Below are positions 15,933 through 30,502 of a stretch of 64,000 nucleotides of DNA, piece after piece (position 1 is the first letter of the stretch; each line of letters starts with the position of its first letter). Both the position numbers and the translations under genes were made by a program. Below the pieces are notes generated by a model. That model saw only the letters and a program-made list of their open reading frames with translations, did no database searches and was not told the origin of the DNA. The DNA comes from the human T2T-CHM13v2.0 reference genome, Homo sapiens, in the NCBI RefSeq assembly GCF_009914755.1, contig NC_060935.1; one strand, given 5' to 3'.

Positions 15933-16770
15933 TGTTGGGCCTCAAAAACAATACCGCAAAGTGAAAGCCTCAGAAGTAAAAGTTTTACTTTGGCCTTCTT
16001 TTGCCCTTCTATCTTGCAGTTTCTCAAGGCTGGCCATAAAAACTAGAATCTTGCTTCTCAAGGTGGGTCCTAGAAACCAGAACTCCTTTTCCTCAAAGCC
16101 AGTCATAAAACCTAAAAATATTACTCTAATTTTTCTCAAAGTAGACGCTTAATGTCCTGCAGGACACCCAGCTAAGGACATTGAGGCAAGGGTGGAGACA
16201 GGTGGTGGCTGGTCTTGCAGTAGACTGCCCAAGGTCCAATTATGAGCTTTTTAACTGCAGCAACTTTAATGTAAGCTATTGGAGTTGGAATTACTGTGGC
16301 TGCTGGCACCAGAATTGCCCTCCAATATTCCATTATTCTTAGATGTGCTATCCAAGCAGCTAGGGCCTGCTGTGAAATCTTAATTTTTCCTCCATCCTTC
16401 TGTATACAGCTGTCTATAAAGAAATCATCTGACCTTACTTGTTGTTTGTAAATTATGAGACCCCTGTATCCAGGAGGAAGGAAATGCATACTTGGGGAGG
16501 TTAAGAAGAATCTAGACAAACAGGCCTTGCTGAGTTTCCCCACACAGGCTACTGGCAATGATTTATACACTTGTGTTTCATCATATTTTTAATGGCTATC
16601 CATAGTTTGTTGAACTTAACCATTTAAAAAAAATGGGCAATTTCTCCTGTATCTTAGGTCTTTATTCTGATAACTCCCAGATATACATGCCAAAAAAAAT
16701 CTATGCCTTCTTTTTGATCAATTTGTCTTTTATGAGTTGATACCTTTAGAGGGCTCCTGCTCCCTAAACA
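15933..16770 (+). mobile_element. MER39-type solo LTR nested in the MER4 interior
   Basis: TG...CA ends; tgttgggcctcaaaaacaatac...gccagtcataaaacctaaaaatattactctaa...aagaagaatctagacaaacaggccttgctg matches recalled MER39. Confidence 0.8.
16123..16389 (-). pseudogene. 18S rRNA-derived fragment, circularly permuted
   Basis: Minus strand reads ttggagggcaattctggtgccagcagccacagtaattccaactccaatagcttacattaaagttgctgcagttaaaaagctc (universal SSU 530-loop region, CpG-decayed). Confidence 0.95.
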
Positions 16771-17295
16771 CATTAAGAAAAAACAAGAATACAGAATTAA
16801 GTTATACTGGAGGAAAATACTGCTTTTTTTAAAAAACCTTCAAACTAAAGCATTTCAGCTTCAGGCAATAACAACAGACTTAGAACTGGAGGAGGGAAAG
16901 AAAAAAATGTTACAGGTGCCAACAAAAATAGAAGGGGAGAGTTGCCATTCCAGGCCTTCTCAAATTTTCTCATAGTAAAAGGTGATCTCTGGTGCCTCCC
17001 AAAGCCAACAAGGTTGGGTAAGGCAATACAAGAAAGCAGAGCTTTAGACGTGAGAAGAATCTCCCCATGACTGTTTAAACTCCACCAAAAAAGCAGAAGA
17101 CCCTAAAAAGAGGTAAGTTGCACCTTTATATGAGTTCTTTAAGGGGTCAGAGTCATTAGAAGCCTTCTCTTGATTGTTTTTTCACTTGGTAACAAAGACA
17201 GCAAAAAGGGAAGGAGGAAAAAAGTGGAAGAAAAGTAAATTAAAAAAACAATTTTTTTGAGAAAGGAACCAAACAGAGAAACCAAGCACATGGTT

Positions 17296-17328
<33 letters not shown>

Positions 17329-17971
17329 TTCACCTGAGGAAAATTTTAGCCAACTAAGAGGCCTTGTTCCCCACAATTTAGAATTCTTATTCTGATTTGA
17401 ACAAGTATAATTGGTCAAATCCAATGAAAGAAAGTTCAAAACAAACAAACAACAACAAAACAATACAATTACTGAGCCATTCTCTAATGGTAAAGAGAAA
17501 TTAAGACAAGTTGGTTGTTTATCTTAATTTTTAGCCATTAAGGAAAATTTTCAAGATAAAACCTCAATTTAGCCACTTACCAAGGAATGGGGCCCAGACT
17601 CAAGACCAAGACTACTGTCTACCATCTCAGTAGCAGGAAGAAACTCAAACTCACCCTCCCTGTTGGAAGTGAGCTAAAACTCCAGAAATGAGTTGCCTGC
17701 CCTCCATAATCATGGAAGCAGGAAAATTTGTCTTCCTTGTTGGGAGGGAGTAAAACTGCAGAAAAGCAGTTATACAGCAAAAGAAACCTTAGATCTCAAC
17801 CAAATTTTGGAAGACCAGGGTTTCTCTGAATGGGGGAGCCTCCTGGGTATCAGAACCTGTCCTATTGGTTTGAGCAATAAAGACAGCCCAAGCTGGTACC
17901 AAGCACCAATAGGAGATTTGTCAAAGGTCAGGGCCTCCTCCATGCAGTGTCCCTTCCATTGGTCACCAATT

Positions 17972-18585
17972 TGTAAACCAAAAGTATCTGAGACTGGTTT
18001 CAATCGATTTAAAAGTTTATTGTGCCAAGGTTAAGGATATTCCCATGACATGGCTTCAGGAGGTCCTGAGAACATGTGCCCAAGGTGGTCAGGCTCCAGC
18101 TTGGTTTTATATGTTTTAGGGGAACATGAGACATTAATCAATACATGTAGGATGCACAGTGACTTGGTATGGAAGGTAGGACAACTCAAAGTTCGGCAGG
18201 GGGGCTTCTAGGTCATAGGTAGATTCAAAGATTTTCTGGTTAGCAATTGGTTTTAAGAGTTTATCTAAAGACCTGGAATCAACAGAAGAGAGTATGTGGG
18301 TTAAGATGATGGGTTGTGGAAAACAAGGTTTTCATTATGCAGATGAAGCCTTCAGGTAACAGGCCTCAGAGAGAATAGATTGTTTTAAGGTCTCTGTTTT
18401 AATGTTAATGCTGGTCAGTTGTGCCTAAATTCTAAGGGGAGGAAGGTATAATGGGGCATGTTGACCACCCATTCTCAACATGGCCTAAACTCATGTTTCA
18501 GATTAACTTTGGAATGCCTGTGATCAAGAAAAAGGGTCCATTCAGTTGGTTGGGAGGGGGCTTGGAGTTTTATTTTTGGTTGACA
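17972..18585 (-). repeat. MER4-type 5' LTR
   Basis: Direct repeat of 13453-14086; followed on the minus strand by the PBS. Confidence 0.9.
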
Positions 18586-20189
18586 AAATAAAATGGGAAG
18601 ACAAGAATTATAGACACAGAATTGGAGTACAGGTACTTATGGATTTTGCTCTAAAAAGGAGCAGATAAATAGAGCAACAGCTGAAAGAGTATGTGGGATA
18701 AAGTGATTTTTAAAATAAAAGATATTCCAAGAAACACTTAAAGGATATTATCCATAGAAGAAGAAAAATTGATTATGGATGAAAGAGAAGAGAAAGTAGA
18801 GAATTTCTGGAGCAATGTTCTTATGTAGGAAAGAGGAGATGAAACCTAGCACACGAGGTATGGGAAGTGAGCTCAAGTAGGGTACTAGAAGGAAAGTCAG
18901 AATATGTGGTACAGATGCAGGCATCTAAGAAAATATGGAAGTAGGGGCTGGTAAATGTTCTTTTCTGGTTTCTTTTACATTCTTAGTAAAATAGAAAGCA
19001 TGAATTTCTGTTGAGAGCAAGAGTGTAGTTTTGAGGAAAGTGAAGATATGTTATAGTCCATTTATCTGAGTTGAGAATACATAAGCTAGAAATATAAAGT
19101 AGCATTAAGGGTGACCCTCAGAGTCCCCCTGATATGAGTAGTATCAACTAAAAGTGTAACCAGTCAGCATGGTTTTGACAGACAAAGATGTTACTGGCTA
19201 ATCCAAGGACTCATAACTAGTGAGCAGCTCTATATCGGTTGCCATTTTTGTCATGGTAAATCCATATCTCCTCCCATTATCCTTCAACAATAGATAGACA
19301 TAACCTACCATTCCACCTGTGATCACAAATATATGAGATCATTCAGAATAGAGACTGATTCACCTGGTGTTTCCGGTGACTGGCACAATGCTTAGCACAT
19401 AGTTGTACTCAAAAATATCTCAAATTGAGCAAAACACATTTTCATTAGAGAAAGCACGAGTTTCTCAAAATGGTATAAATTTTGAATGTCGAAGATAGCC
19501 TCTCAAAGCTATGCAAATATAGCTTGAGTTGCTGAAATAACATGTTCTCTATAAACTGTTAGTTTGGTCCAGAGTTTGAAGGTCTACCTACCACTCACAC
19601 TTTGTATATCTACCTCCAAAGGAAATTTTGATTCTGATTCTGTTGGTTATTTTTTCACAATCATGCTTATACACAATTTCTTAAGACACTGCAATAGAAA
19701 CAGAATAAAAATTACAATTTTGTCCACTGTATTACTGAGAAATATGAGGTAGCATTTGCAGTCTTACTCTGGTACTGCACTGTACCTTACTTGGACTGCC
19801 ATCAATCCATACTGTTATCCCAACTCAACAAAGCAGTCCATCATCCTATACAAGCCTTTTTAGTTATGGGCTTCTAAAATTAGTCTTAGATATATAGAAA
19901 CTCCTAGATACTATCTCAAGGACATCTCATGATGCTAGAAACTGCTCTTTACTCCTCTAAATATCTGCAGAAAAACTGTTCAATTCCCTTCCTTTGTAAC
20001 TTAACATTTGTTGCCTATAATTGTTCATTATCTTTGTGTGTTTGTATTTTACCTTCCCAATTAGATCATGAATTTATTTGTAACACAGTGAACATCCATA
20101 ATATTTATAAATATTATATTTTTACCAAATATAACCTACTTATTAAAATAATGTTTATTTTAAAAGTAGGAATGAGAAAAGAACTAGAC

Positions 20190-20410
20190 TAAGACTATCA
20201 TTTATCAAATACTTATCCTGTACCAGGACCTATGTTGAGAGTTTTACACAATTTAATTACATTAATATGGAGATAACATTTTACTTCCATCTTAACTCTT
20301 TTTGCAAGGTTAAAGATTTAGCAACTTGCCCAAGGTCACACAGCTAACAGGTATTTGAACTGTGACTCCAAAGTCAGTGTCCTTAAACACTCACTACATT
20401 GCCTTCCTAG
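20190..20410 (-). mobile_element. MIR SINE
   Basis: agcaacttgcccaaggtcacacagctaa...tgactccaaagtc. Confidence 0.75.
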
Positions 20411-21639
20411 AAAAGTGCTTTTTATATAACAGATAATAAATATTTATTGGATGAGTGAATAGTTTTAGCAGCATTATTGTCAATTCTATGTGGTTAGGTT
20501 GTAATTAAAACAAGCTCTATGTCTATTCTAAGTGGTTAGGTTGTAATTAAAACAAATATATCATGAGTATTCTCTAGTTCATAATGTCTTTATCCCCCAA
20601 AAAACTTTTGCAGTTGACCTTAAGTGCCCTAGACAAATAGAAGATATACACTTAATCAGCTATTTTTTAAATCACTCATATTTTTATAATTTCTACCTGC
20701 CTGGCTTTCCATAATTCTAATGTTTTTTCCATACTTGAGATCTCATTTAGGCTACAGTGTAAATCAGTAGTGCCAAGGGTCTGGAAGCCATCCATCATAA
20801 TCAATTTGATCTTATTTTTAGTATAATTGAGTCAAAGTTACTTATCCAATTTCTTTTAGGGTTTCCCTCCATGTCTGACACTATGCATAGAATCTTACTC
20901 ATCAAATAAACTCTTCTGAAGAATCCAAAGTTTATGGAACATGGGATGAAAAACAATAGTTATAGAAAGTGAAAAAACATAGTTATCTTCAGACACTTGG
21001 TATGAGCACTACACTAGCTAATCTGTAATATGAAATCTGAAAGTAAAATAAAACCTAGAGGAAGAAAAAAATAAACAATTAAATGAAGACAGAGCAGCCA
21101 GAAGACACAATAATGTTACCAAATATTGCTTGGCATGAAGACCTAGTAGCTCCCAAAATTCAACTCTGTCTGAAGATAAACAATTCAGTTAAGCTAAAGC
21201 AACACTCCAAAATCAGGAAGGAGAGGCAAATCACACATATCTATAAGCCCTATGCATCTTCCTAGTATGCATTACTATGTGCATACATACATAAATGCAC
21301 AAATCATCTAAAGGTCACAGGATTTGACTCTTCTTTTATGAAGCAGTTTGTTTCAATTAATTGACTACGGCATATCAATCATAGCAAGAGTGGCAAGTAA
21401 ATCTAAATTGTGAAATGCCATAAATTTTCTTATAGCACAAAAGCAAATTGAAATATGAAGCAATGAAACAGTTCAGAATACAGTAAGTTTAACATAATAC
21501 GAAAGCTTAGTACATGTATATGTCTTTTGTTTTTTAAATATCTTTGTGTTCATTTCCATATGTTATTTTCTCAATAGCCTTTTAAGGTCAAGCTGTCTCA
21601 TTCCTATTGCTCTGTTCATTCATTTGCTCATTGTGATTC

Positions 21640-22900
<1,261 letters not shown>

Positions 22901-23326
22901 ATTTCTGTTGTGTGAGCCTTTCAAATTTCATGCATTTTTATTTTAAGAGCCTCTACTGAGCATCTTATAAATGCTAAATCCTACTCTAGCCTCTGAGAAA
23001 TGGAAGCTAAGTAAGATTCAGCAGCTTTGCACTAGGATTCAGACTGGGGAAGAGAATCATATAAACATTCAAATTTTCTTCCATGTGATTCATGTTACAA
23101 TAATCTGGTAGGACTCAACAGAGAAACTAGAGGTCAGGAGAGACTTCAAAGAGATGACATCTGATCAAGTCTTCATGAATAAAAAGAAAGCATTATTTTA
23201 TTTGAATAAGGTGAGGATAGCTACTTCTGTATTTTATTATATTAAACAAGAAATTTTGTATTTCCCCTGAGTTCCCAGTATGGAATGTCTAATATTTGAT
23301 ACATGCTTAATATACCCCTTTAAGCT

Positions 23327-24585
23327 TGTTAAAGAAAAATCAAAATAGAAGCCCAAGTTTAGAATACCCCTATTTTAAGCACTAGAACCACACAATCAAA
23401 ACTTAAGTCATCCTAATCTCCTCTAAACACTACCTCTAATAATAAACAAAACAAAAAGCAAGCTTTATGTCCTTGTCAGCATGGTTCAGTAACATTAAAC
23501 CAATCAGTTATACAAAATCAGCTTAAATAGCTCTGCTTACCATAAAATAAGGGGTAATATAGTAGCCAATCACAAGAAAACGTAAAAATATCTCCTCTTT
23601 TATGCTTTATAAACTATGCTGTGAGTGTTGCGAGCAGAGCTCCTTACCACTTGAGGGTCCAAAGTCTCCCAGTTTGAGAACTATTCTTTTGTATACTCAG
23701 TAAACTTCTAATTTTTTTTTTCAATTTCAACTTTTATTTTCTGGACGTACATGTGCAGGTATGTTACATGCATATATTGCATGATGCTGATGTTTGAGGT
23801 GTGATTCATCCCGTCATCCAGGTAGTGACTGCAGTACTCAATAGGTAGTTTTCCAAGCCTATTCTCCTCCTTCTCTCCCCAATTCTAGTAGACCCTAGTA
23901 TTTATTGTCCCCAGTTTTATGTCAATGTGCATCCAATGTTTAGCTCCCACTTATAAGTGGGAACATGGGGTATTTGGTTTTCTGTTCCTGCATTAATTTG
24001 CTTATGATAATAGTCTTCAGATACATATGTTTCTGTAAAGGAAATGATTTAGTTCTTTTTTATGGCTGCATAGTATTCCATGCTATATGTACCTCATTTT
24101 CTTTATTCAGTCCACTGTTGATGGACACCTAGGTGGATTCCGTGCCTTTGCTATTATGAATAGTACTGTAATGAACATACAAATGCATGTGTCTTTTTGG
24201 TAGAGCAATTTGTTTTCCTTAGACTATATACTCAATAAAGGGATTGCTGGGTTAAATGGTAGTTCCAATTTTAGTTATTTGAGAAATCTCCAAACTGCTT
24301 TCCACAGTGGCTGAACTAATTACATTCACATCAACAGTGAAAATGGGCAAGGACATGAACAGATGCTTCTCAAAAGAAGATACACAAGCGGCCAACAAAA
24401 ATATGAAAAAGTGTTCAACATCACTAATCAACAGAGAAATGCAAATCAAACCCACAATGAGATATCAACTCACACCAGTCAGGATGGCTATTATTAAAAA
24501 GTCAACAAGTGACAGATGTTTGCAAGACTGCAAAGAAAAGGGAACTTCTATAATGTTTAAATTTGATCTGATTTTATTTCTGACA
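23327..24585 (+). mobile_element. ERV solo LTR (family unassigned), split by an L1
   Basis: tgtt...gaca termini, two CCAAT boxes and a TATAAA, 4-bp TSD agct/agtt. Confidence 0.6.
23711..24542 (-). mobile_element. L1PA16/17-like 3' fragment with 5' inversion (23711-24339 minus, 24340-24542 plus)
   Basis: Poly(T) and 3'UTR on the minus strand, then sense ORF2 piece KDMNRCFSKED...REMQIKPTMRY. TSD aacttcta at 23703-23710 and 24543-24550. Confidence 0.9.
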
Positions 24586-24889
24586 AGTTTCATAAACACT
24601 TAGTAACCCCTATTTTGGGCATAATATTCTATTATGCATTATGGAGCTATGTTCTTTGTCCCTGAGTTGTCCTCTTCTGTTGCAGAGATTAGGCACACAT
24701 GTATATAAGAGTCAGAGAATAATGCTACCATGAGATAAACCAGTGGGGATGATGTGATGGAGACTGCCTCTATATAAAAGCTGAGGGGATTCAAAACAAA
24801 AAACAAACAAACAAAAACACTGTAGAGTGGGCTTGGTTAGAATGCAGTTTCCCTAATGGGTAAAACTTTCATTTACTCTCTGAAGGAAC

Positions 24890-25230
24890 TCTAGGCAGTC
24901 TCACCTCTTTTCTCTGTCATCTTTTCCTGCTATTCTCTATAATGATATTTCCAACATTTGATCCCCATCTCTCCACATCCAATGGTCAGCAATTGACCTC
25001 CCTTACTTCCTATTTCAAAGAGTAAATAGAAGACATCCCACTGGACGTCTCTCAATTTCCCACCATAAACATACACATGCACTCATATTTTCACACATCT
25101 GTACTTAGATACATGACACTAACCATGACAAATACTTTTTGGATCTCATCCATTCCCATCTTCTGGGGAAACATTTCTTATTTGTTAGGTCTTCTCTCTT
25201 AACTTCTCCTCAACAATATCTCATTAGCAT
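24890..25230 (+). mobile_element. L2 fragment; continues at 29980-30500 and 32005-32060
   Basis: cttcctatttcaaagagtaaatagaagacatc...ggatctcatccattccca; later attgaaactactg and tgcctgggacatagcaggcac. Confidence 0.55.
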
Positions 25231-25369
25231 TTTTCAATGAAGGGTAAGCTTGTATTAGTCTACACATATATAGGCATACCTCAGAGATACTTCAGGTTCA
25301 GTTCTAGATCATCACAATAAAGCAATTATCACCAAAAAGTGAGTCATATGAATTTTTTTGTTTCCCAGT

Positions 25370-25777
25370 TGTCTTAGCCCATTTGTGTTGTTACAAAGAT
25401 ACCTGACACTGAGTAATTTATAAAGAAAAAAAGGCTTATTTTGCTCACAATTTTGCTGGTCAGAAAACTGGGCATCTGTTGAAAGCCTCAGGCTGCTTCC
25501 ATTTATGGCAGAAGACAAAGGGGAGCCAGCATGCACAGAGATCATATGGTGAAAGAGGAAACAAAGAGAGACAGGGTGGTGCCATGTTCTCTTTAACAAT
25601 CAGCTCTCATGGGAACTAATAGAGCAAGAACTCACTCATTACAGAGAGGACTATGCCAAGCCACTCATGATAGATTTGCCCCTACAACCCAAACACCTCC
25701 CATTTGGTTCCACCTCCAACACTGGGGATCAAATTTCAACATGAGGTTTGCGGGAGATAAACATTCAAACTATGCCA
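25370..25777 (-). mobile_element. MSTB-type MaLR solo LTR
   Basis: tgtcttagcccatttgtgttg...atttcaacatgaggttt...tatgcca; perfect 5-bp TSD ccagt. Confidence 0.9.
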
Positions 25778-27182
25778 CCAGTGCATATAAAAGTTACATT
25801 TATACTACACTGCAGTCTATTAAGTGTGCAATAGCATTATATCTCAAAAAGCCTTTACTTAAGGTATACATTTGAATTAAAAAATATTTTATTGCTAGAA
25901 AAGTGCTAAGGATGATCTGACCCTTCAGTGAGTCACGACCTTTTTGCTAGTAGAAGGTCTCACTTCAATGCTGATGGCTGCTGATTGATCAGGATGGTAG
26001 ATGATGAAGACTGGGGTGGCTGTGGCAATTTTTAAAAATAAGACAACAATGATGTTTGCCACATTTATTGGAATTTCCTTTCATGAAAAATTTCTTTGTA
26101 GCACATGATGCTGTTTGATAGCATTCTACCCATAGTAAAACTTCTTTGGGAATTGGAGTCAATCCTCTTGAATTCTGCCATTATTCTATCAACTAAGTTT
26201 ATGGAATATTCTAAAGACTTTGTTGTCGTGTCTACAATGTTCACATCGTCTTCTTTAGAAGTAAATTTTGTCTCAAAAAAACACTTTCTTTGCTCATCCG
26301 TAACAAGCAACTCTTCATCTACTCAGGTTTTATCATGAGATTGCAGCAATTCAATCACATCTTTAGGCACCACTTCTTAGTCTAGTTCTCTTGCTATTTC
26401 CATGTCTGCAGTTACTTCCTCCACTAAAGTATTGATCCTCTCAAAGTCATTAATGAAGGTTGGAATCAATTTCTTCCAAACTTCTGTTAATGTTGATATT
26501 TTGACCTCCTCCAGTGAATCATGAATGTTCTCAATGGCATCTAGAATGGTGAATCTTTACTAGAATGTTTTCAATTTACTTTGCAAAGATCCCTCAAAGG
26601 AATTACAATCTATGGCAGCAATAGGCTTATGGAATGCATTTTTTAAATAATAAGACTTGAAAATTAAAATTACTCCTTGATCCATGGGCTGCAGAACAGA
26701 TATTGCGTTAGTAGGCATGAAAACACATTAATCTCCTTGTATTCTTCCATCAGAATTTTTGAGTGATTAGGTGCTTTATCAATAAGCAGTAATATTTTGA
26801 AAGAGATCTTTTTTTCTGAGCAGATTACAAAAGTGGGCTTAAAATATTCAGAAAACCAGGTTTTGGTCATAATCCCAAAAGACACAATCTCAGATGCCTT
26901 AGTCCTGAATGTTATAATCCCAAAAGATAAACATCCTGAAAGTCTAATATCCTGATAACCACAATCCTAACAAATTAAAATCTCAAAAATATAATTCTGA
27001 AAAAATAATTTTAAAATTTATTTAAAAGACACTTATTTACATTTTTAAAAGTGGATTTGAGAAACATACAAAAACATGACAGAACACTTCATAGGAAACA
27101 TTACACAATGAAATAGGCAATAATACATATATATTTTGGCAAACATGAACACTTAGGGATACTAAAGACAGTTGCCTAGGTA

Positions 27183-27648
<466 letters not shown>

Positions 27649-28056
27649 GACATTGATTTTCGACTGTGGGGTGAGTTGTCACCCCTCGCCCCCTCATTGT
27701 TCAAGGGTCAACTGCAACGTGTTTTGTTACACTAGAAGAACTTCTATATCAGCAAGTGTTATTGATTCAGAAGGTTGCCGGGCTTGTTGAAATATATTTA
27801 TTCTCTGACAAAAAACAATTTTGAAGGCAAGCACTGGCATTATGTGTCAAGGGGCAGAAGTCATACACAATTCAATCATTTGGCAAGGGAGTTTTTGTTT
27901 TTTTTTTGTATTTTTTGTGTGCATTTTCACTTCTATAATCTTCAAAAACACTTGAAACATCAAGAGCAGATATTCCCCACCCAGTACACTCAGACTCACA
28001 CACTAATCTCCTCTGGAAATATCCTCACAGACACAGCCCAAATAGTGCTTTACCAG

Positions 28057-28419
28057 TGTATTAGTCTGTTTTCACACTTCTAATAAAGACATACATGAGA
28101 CTGGGTAATTTATAAAGGAAAGAAGTTTAATGTACTCATAGCTCCACATGGCTGGGGAGGCCTCACAATCATGGTGGAAGGTGAGGAAGAGCAAAGGCGT
28201 GTCTTACCTGGTGACAGGTGAAAGAACGTGTGCGGGGGAACTCTCGATTATAAAACCATCAGATGTCATGAGGTTTATTCACTATCACAAGAACAGCACA
28301 AGAAAAACCTGCCCCCATGTTCAGTTACCCCCGACTGGGTCCCTCACATGACTTGTGGGAATTATGGTAGCTACAATTCAAGATGAGATTTGGGTGGGGA
28401 CACAGCCAAACTATTATCA
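28057..28419 (-). mobile_element. THE1B/C MaLR solo LTR
   Basis: tgtattagtctgttttcac...gagatttgggtggggacacagccaaactattatca; TSD (a/c)ccag. Confidence 0.93.
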
Positions 28420-30502
28420 CCCAGGTTTTGAGGTGTCCATTAATCCAGCCAATTGAAGCCTAACACTAATTCCACCCCTTATCAACTTGGGATCCATTGC
28501 ATCTCAAACCATACTTAATTTCCAAATAAAGACAATAACAAGGTATAATAATAGTTCTGCCACCATGATGCAACTAATATGATGCAGCTATCCTGCATAC
28601 AACTGAAAATTCATTAATCCCTTTCCCAGAATTAAGCTTTCAAGATTTCAACTTTAGGATTTTAATCTTTTTGGATTTGGATCTTCTGAGATTTCAACAT
28701 TGGAATTATGGCTTTCAGAACTGGGACTTTCAGGATTATGATTGGCACTACAGTAAACCATGCTGTCATCCAGGCTTTGTTCTTCCAATTCTAGAAAATA
28801 GGCAGAGTAGATTTAGCATAATTCTTAAGGGCCCACAATTTTCAATATGGTAATTAAGCAGTGGCTTAATTTTCAGTATGGTAATTAGGCAGTGGCTTCC
28901 ACTTAAAGTGACCAGGTCCATAAGTTCCTAACAAGAGAGTCAGCCTGTCCTTTGAAGTGACTTTTCCTCTTTATCTATGAAAGTTCTAGGTAGCACCTTC
29001 TTTCATTAGAAGACTTTTTTTCCTACATTGAAAGTCTGTTGTTTAGTGTAGCCACCTTCATCAATGATCTTAGCTAGATCTTCTGGATAACTTGCTATAG
29101 CTTCTGTATCCACTCTTGCTTCTTCACCTTGCAGTTTTATATAATATGGATGGCTTCTTTCCTTAAACCTCATGAAGCAACATCTGCTAGCTTGCAACTT
29201 TTCCTCTTGGTCTTCAGAGAATTAAAGAAACTTAGGGCCTTGCTCTGGATTAGGCTTTGGTTTAAGGGAATGTTGTGGCTGTTTTGATCTATCTAGACAA
29301 TTAAAACTTTCTCCATATCAGCAATAAGGTTGTTCCACTTTCTTATCATTCATGTGCTTACTGGAGTAGCACTATTAATTTCCTTCAAGAACTTTTCCTT
29401 TGCATTCACAACTTGGCTGTTTGGTGCAAGAGGCCTAGTTTTCAGCCTATCTTGGCTTTCAACATGCCTTCCTCACTAAGTTTAATCATTTCTAGCTTTT
29501 GATTGAAAGTGAGAGAAGTGTGACTCTTCTTTTCACTTGAACACTTAGAGGCCATTGTAAGGTTATTACCTGACCTAATTTCAATATTGTTGTGTCTCAA
29601 AAAACAGAGAAGCTCAAGGGGAGATACAGAGACAGGGGAATGGCCACTTGGTGGAGGAGACAGAACACACACTTTTATCAGTGAAGTTCTTGATCCTATA
29701 TGGGCACATTTTATGACACCCCAAACCAACCATAATAGTAACATTGAAGATACTGATCATGTATCACCGTAACAGATATAATAATAATAATAAAGTGTGA
29801 AATACTGCAAGAATTACCAATATGTGACAGAGAGACATGAAGTGAGCATATGCTGTTGGAAAAATGTTGCCAATAGACTTGCTAAACACAAGATTGTCAC
29901 AAATCTTTGATTTGTAGAAAACACAGTATCTGTGAAATTCAGTAAAGTGAAGGTGCAATAAAATGAGTCATTTTTGTATTGTAAACATTCTCTTATTTGC
30001 TCTTCAATCCCTACCACTTTATTGAAACTACTGTAACAATGACTTTCTTGTTAAATAATCTACTGAACACTTCTCAGTCCTTAATTCAGTTGTTTTTTCA
30101 GTCCTATGGGCTCTTAAATATGCTCATTTTTCACTCTGAAAAAAAAAATACTTTCCTTGACCTAGCATTTATTAGCTGGTACCAGCTCCTATCCCTCTTC
30201 ACAGGCCAATTGACATCTCTACTTTCATCTTAAAGACTCTTCAAACTTAACTTTTTCAAAATAGATTTCATTATCCTCCCACTACCATACCTAAAATGAA
30301 CCTTTTCCAGAGTTCCCAAATTCAGTAAATGACACTTCTGCACACAGTTTCATGCACACCAGGGAGCTAGGAGTAATCTCTAATACTGCCCTTCCTCTTA
30401 CAGCACTCATATAAAATTCATCTCCATGCCTTGGCATGTTCACTCCCAAATATATCAAATTAATTCATTTCTCTTCTTCTTCACCAGCACCCTCATTCAT
30501 GC

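Larger units (their letters stand above)
13453..18585 (-). mobile_element. MER4-group ERV1 provirus with two LTRs and a non-coding, deleted interior
   Basis: Two ~620-bp direct repeats (13453-14086 and 17972-18585). On the minus strand they begin (t)gtaaaccaaaaa...attctaagcc...ttggccaagggcattccaaag. Degenerate tRNA-Arg PBS (tggtgaccaatggaagggac) at ~17950-17969, PPT at ~14090-14098. Confidence 0.9.

Noticed and set aside
16172-16570. 132-aa minus-strand ORF
   Set aside because: Chance reading frame across MER39 and the 18S fragment.
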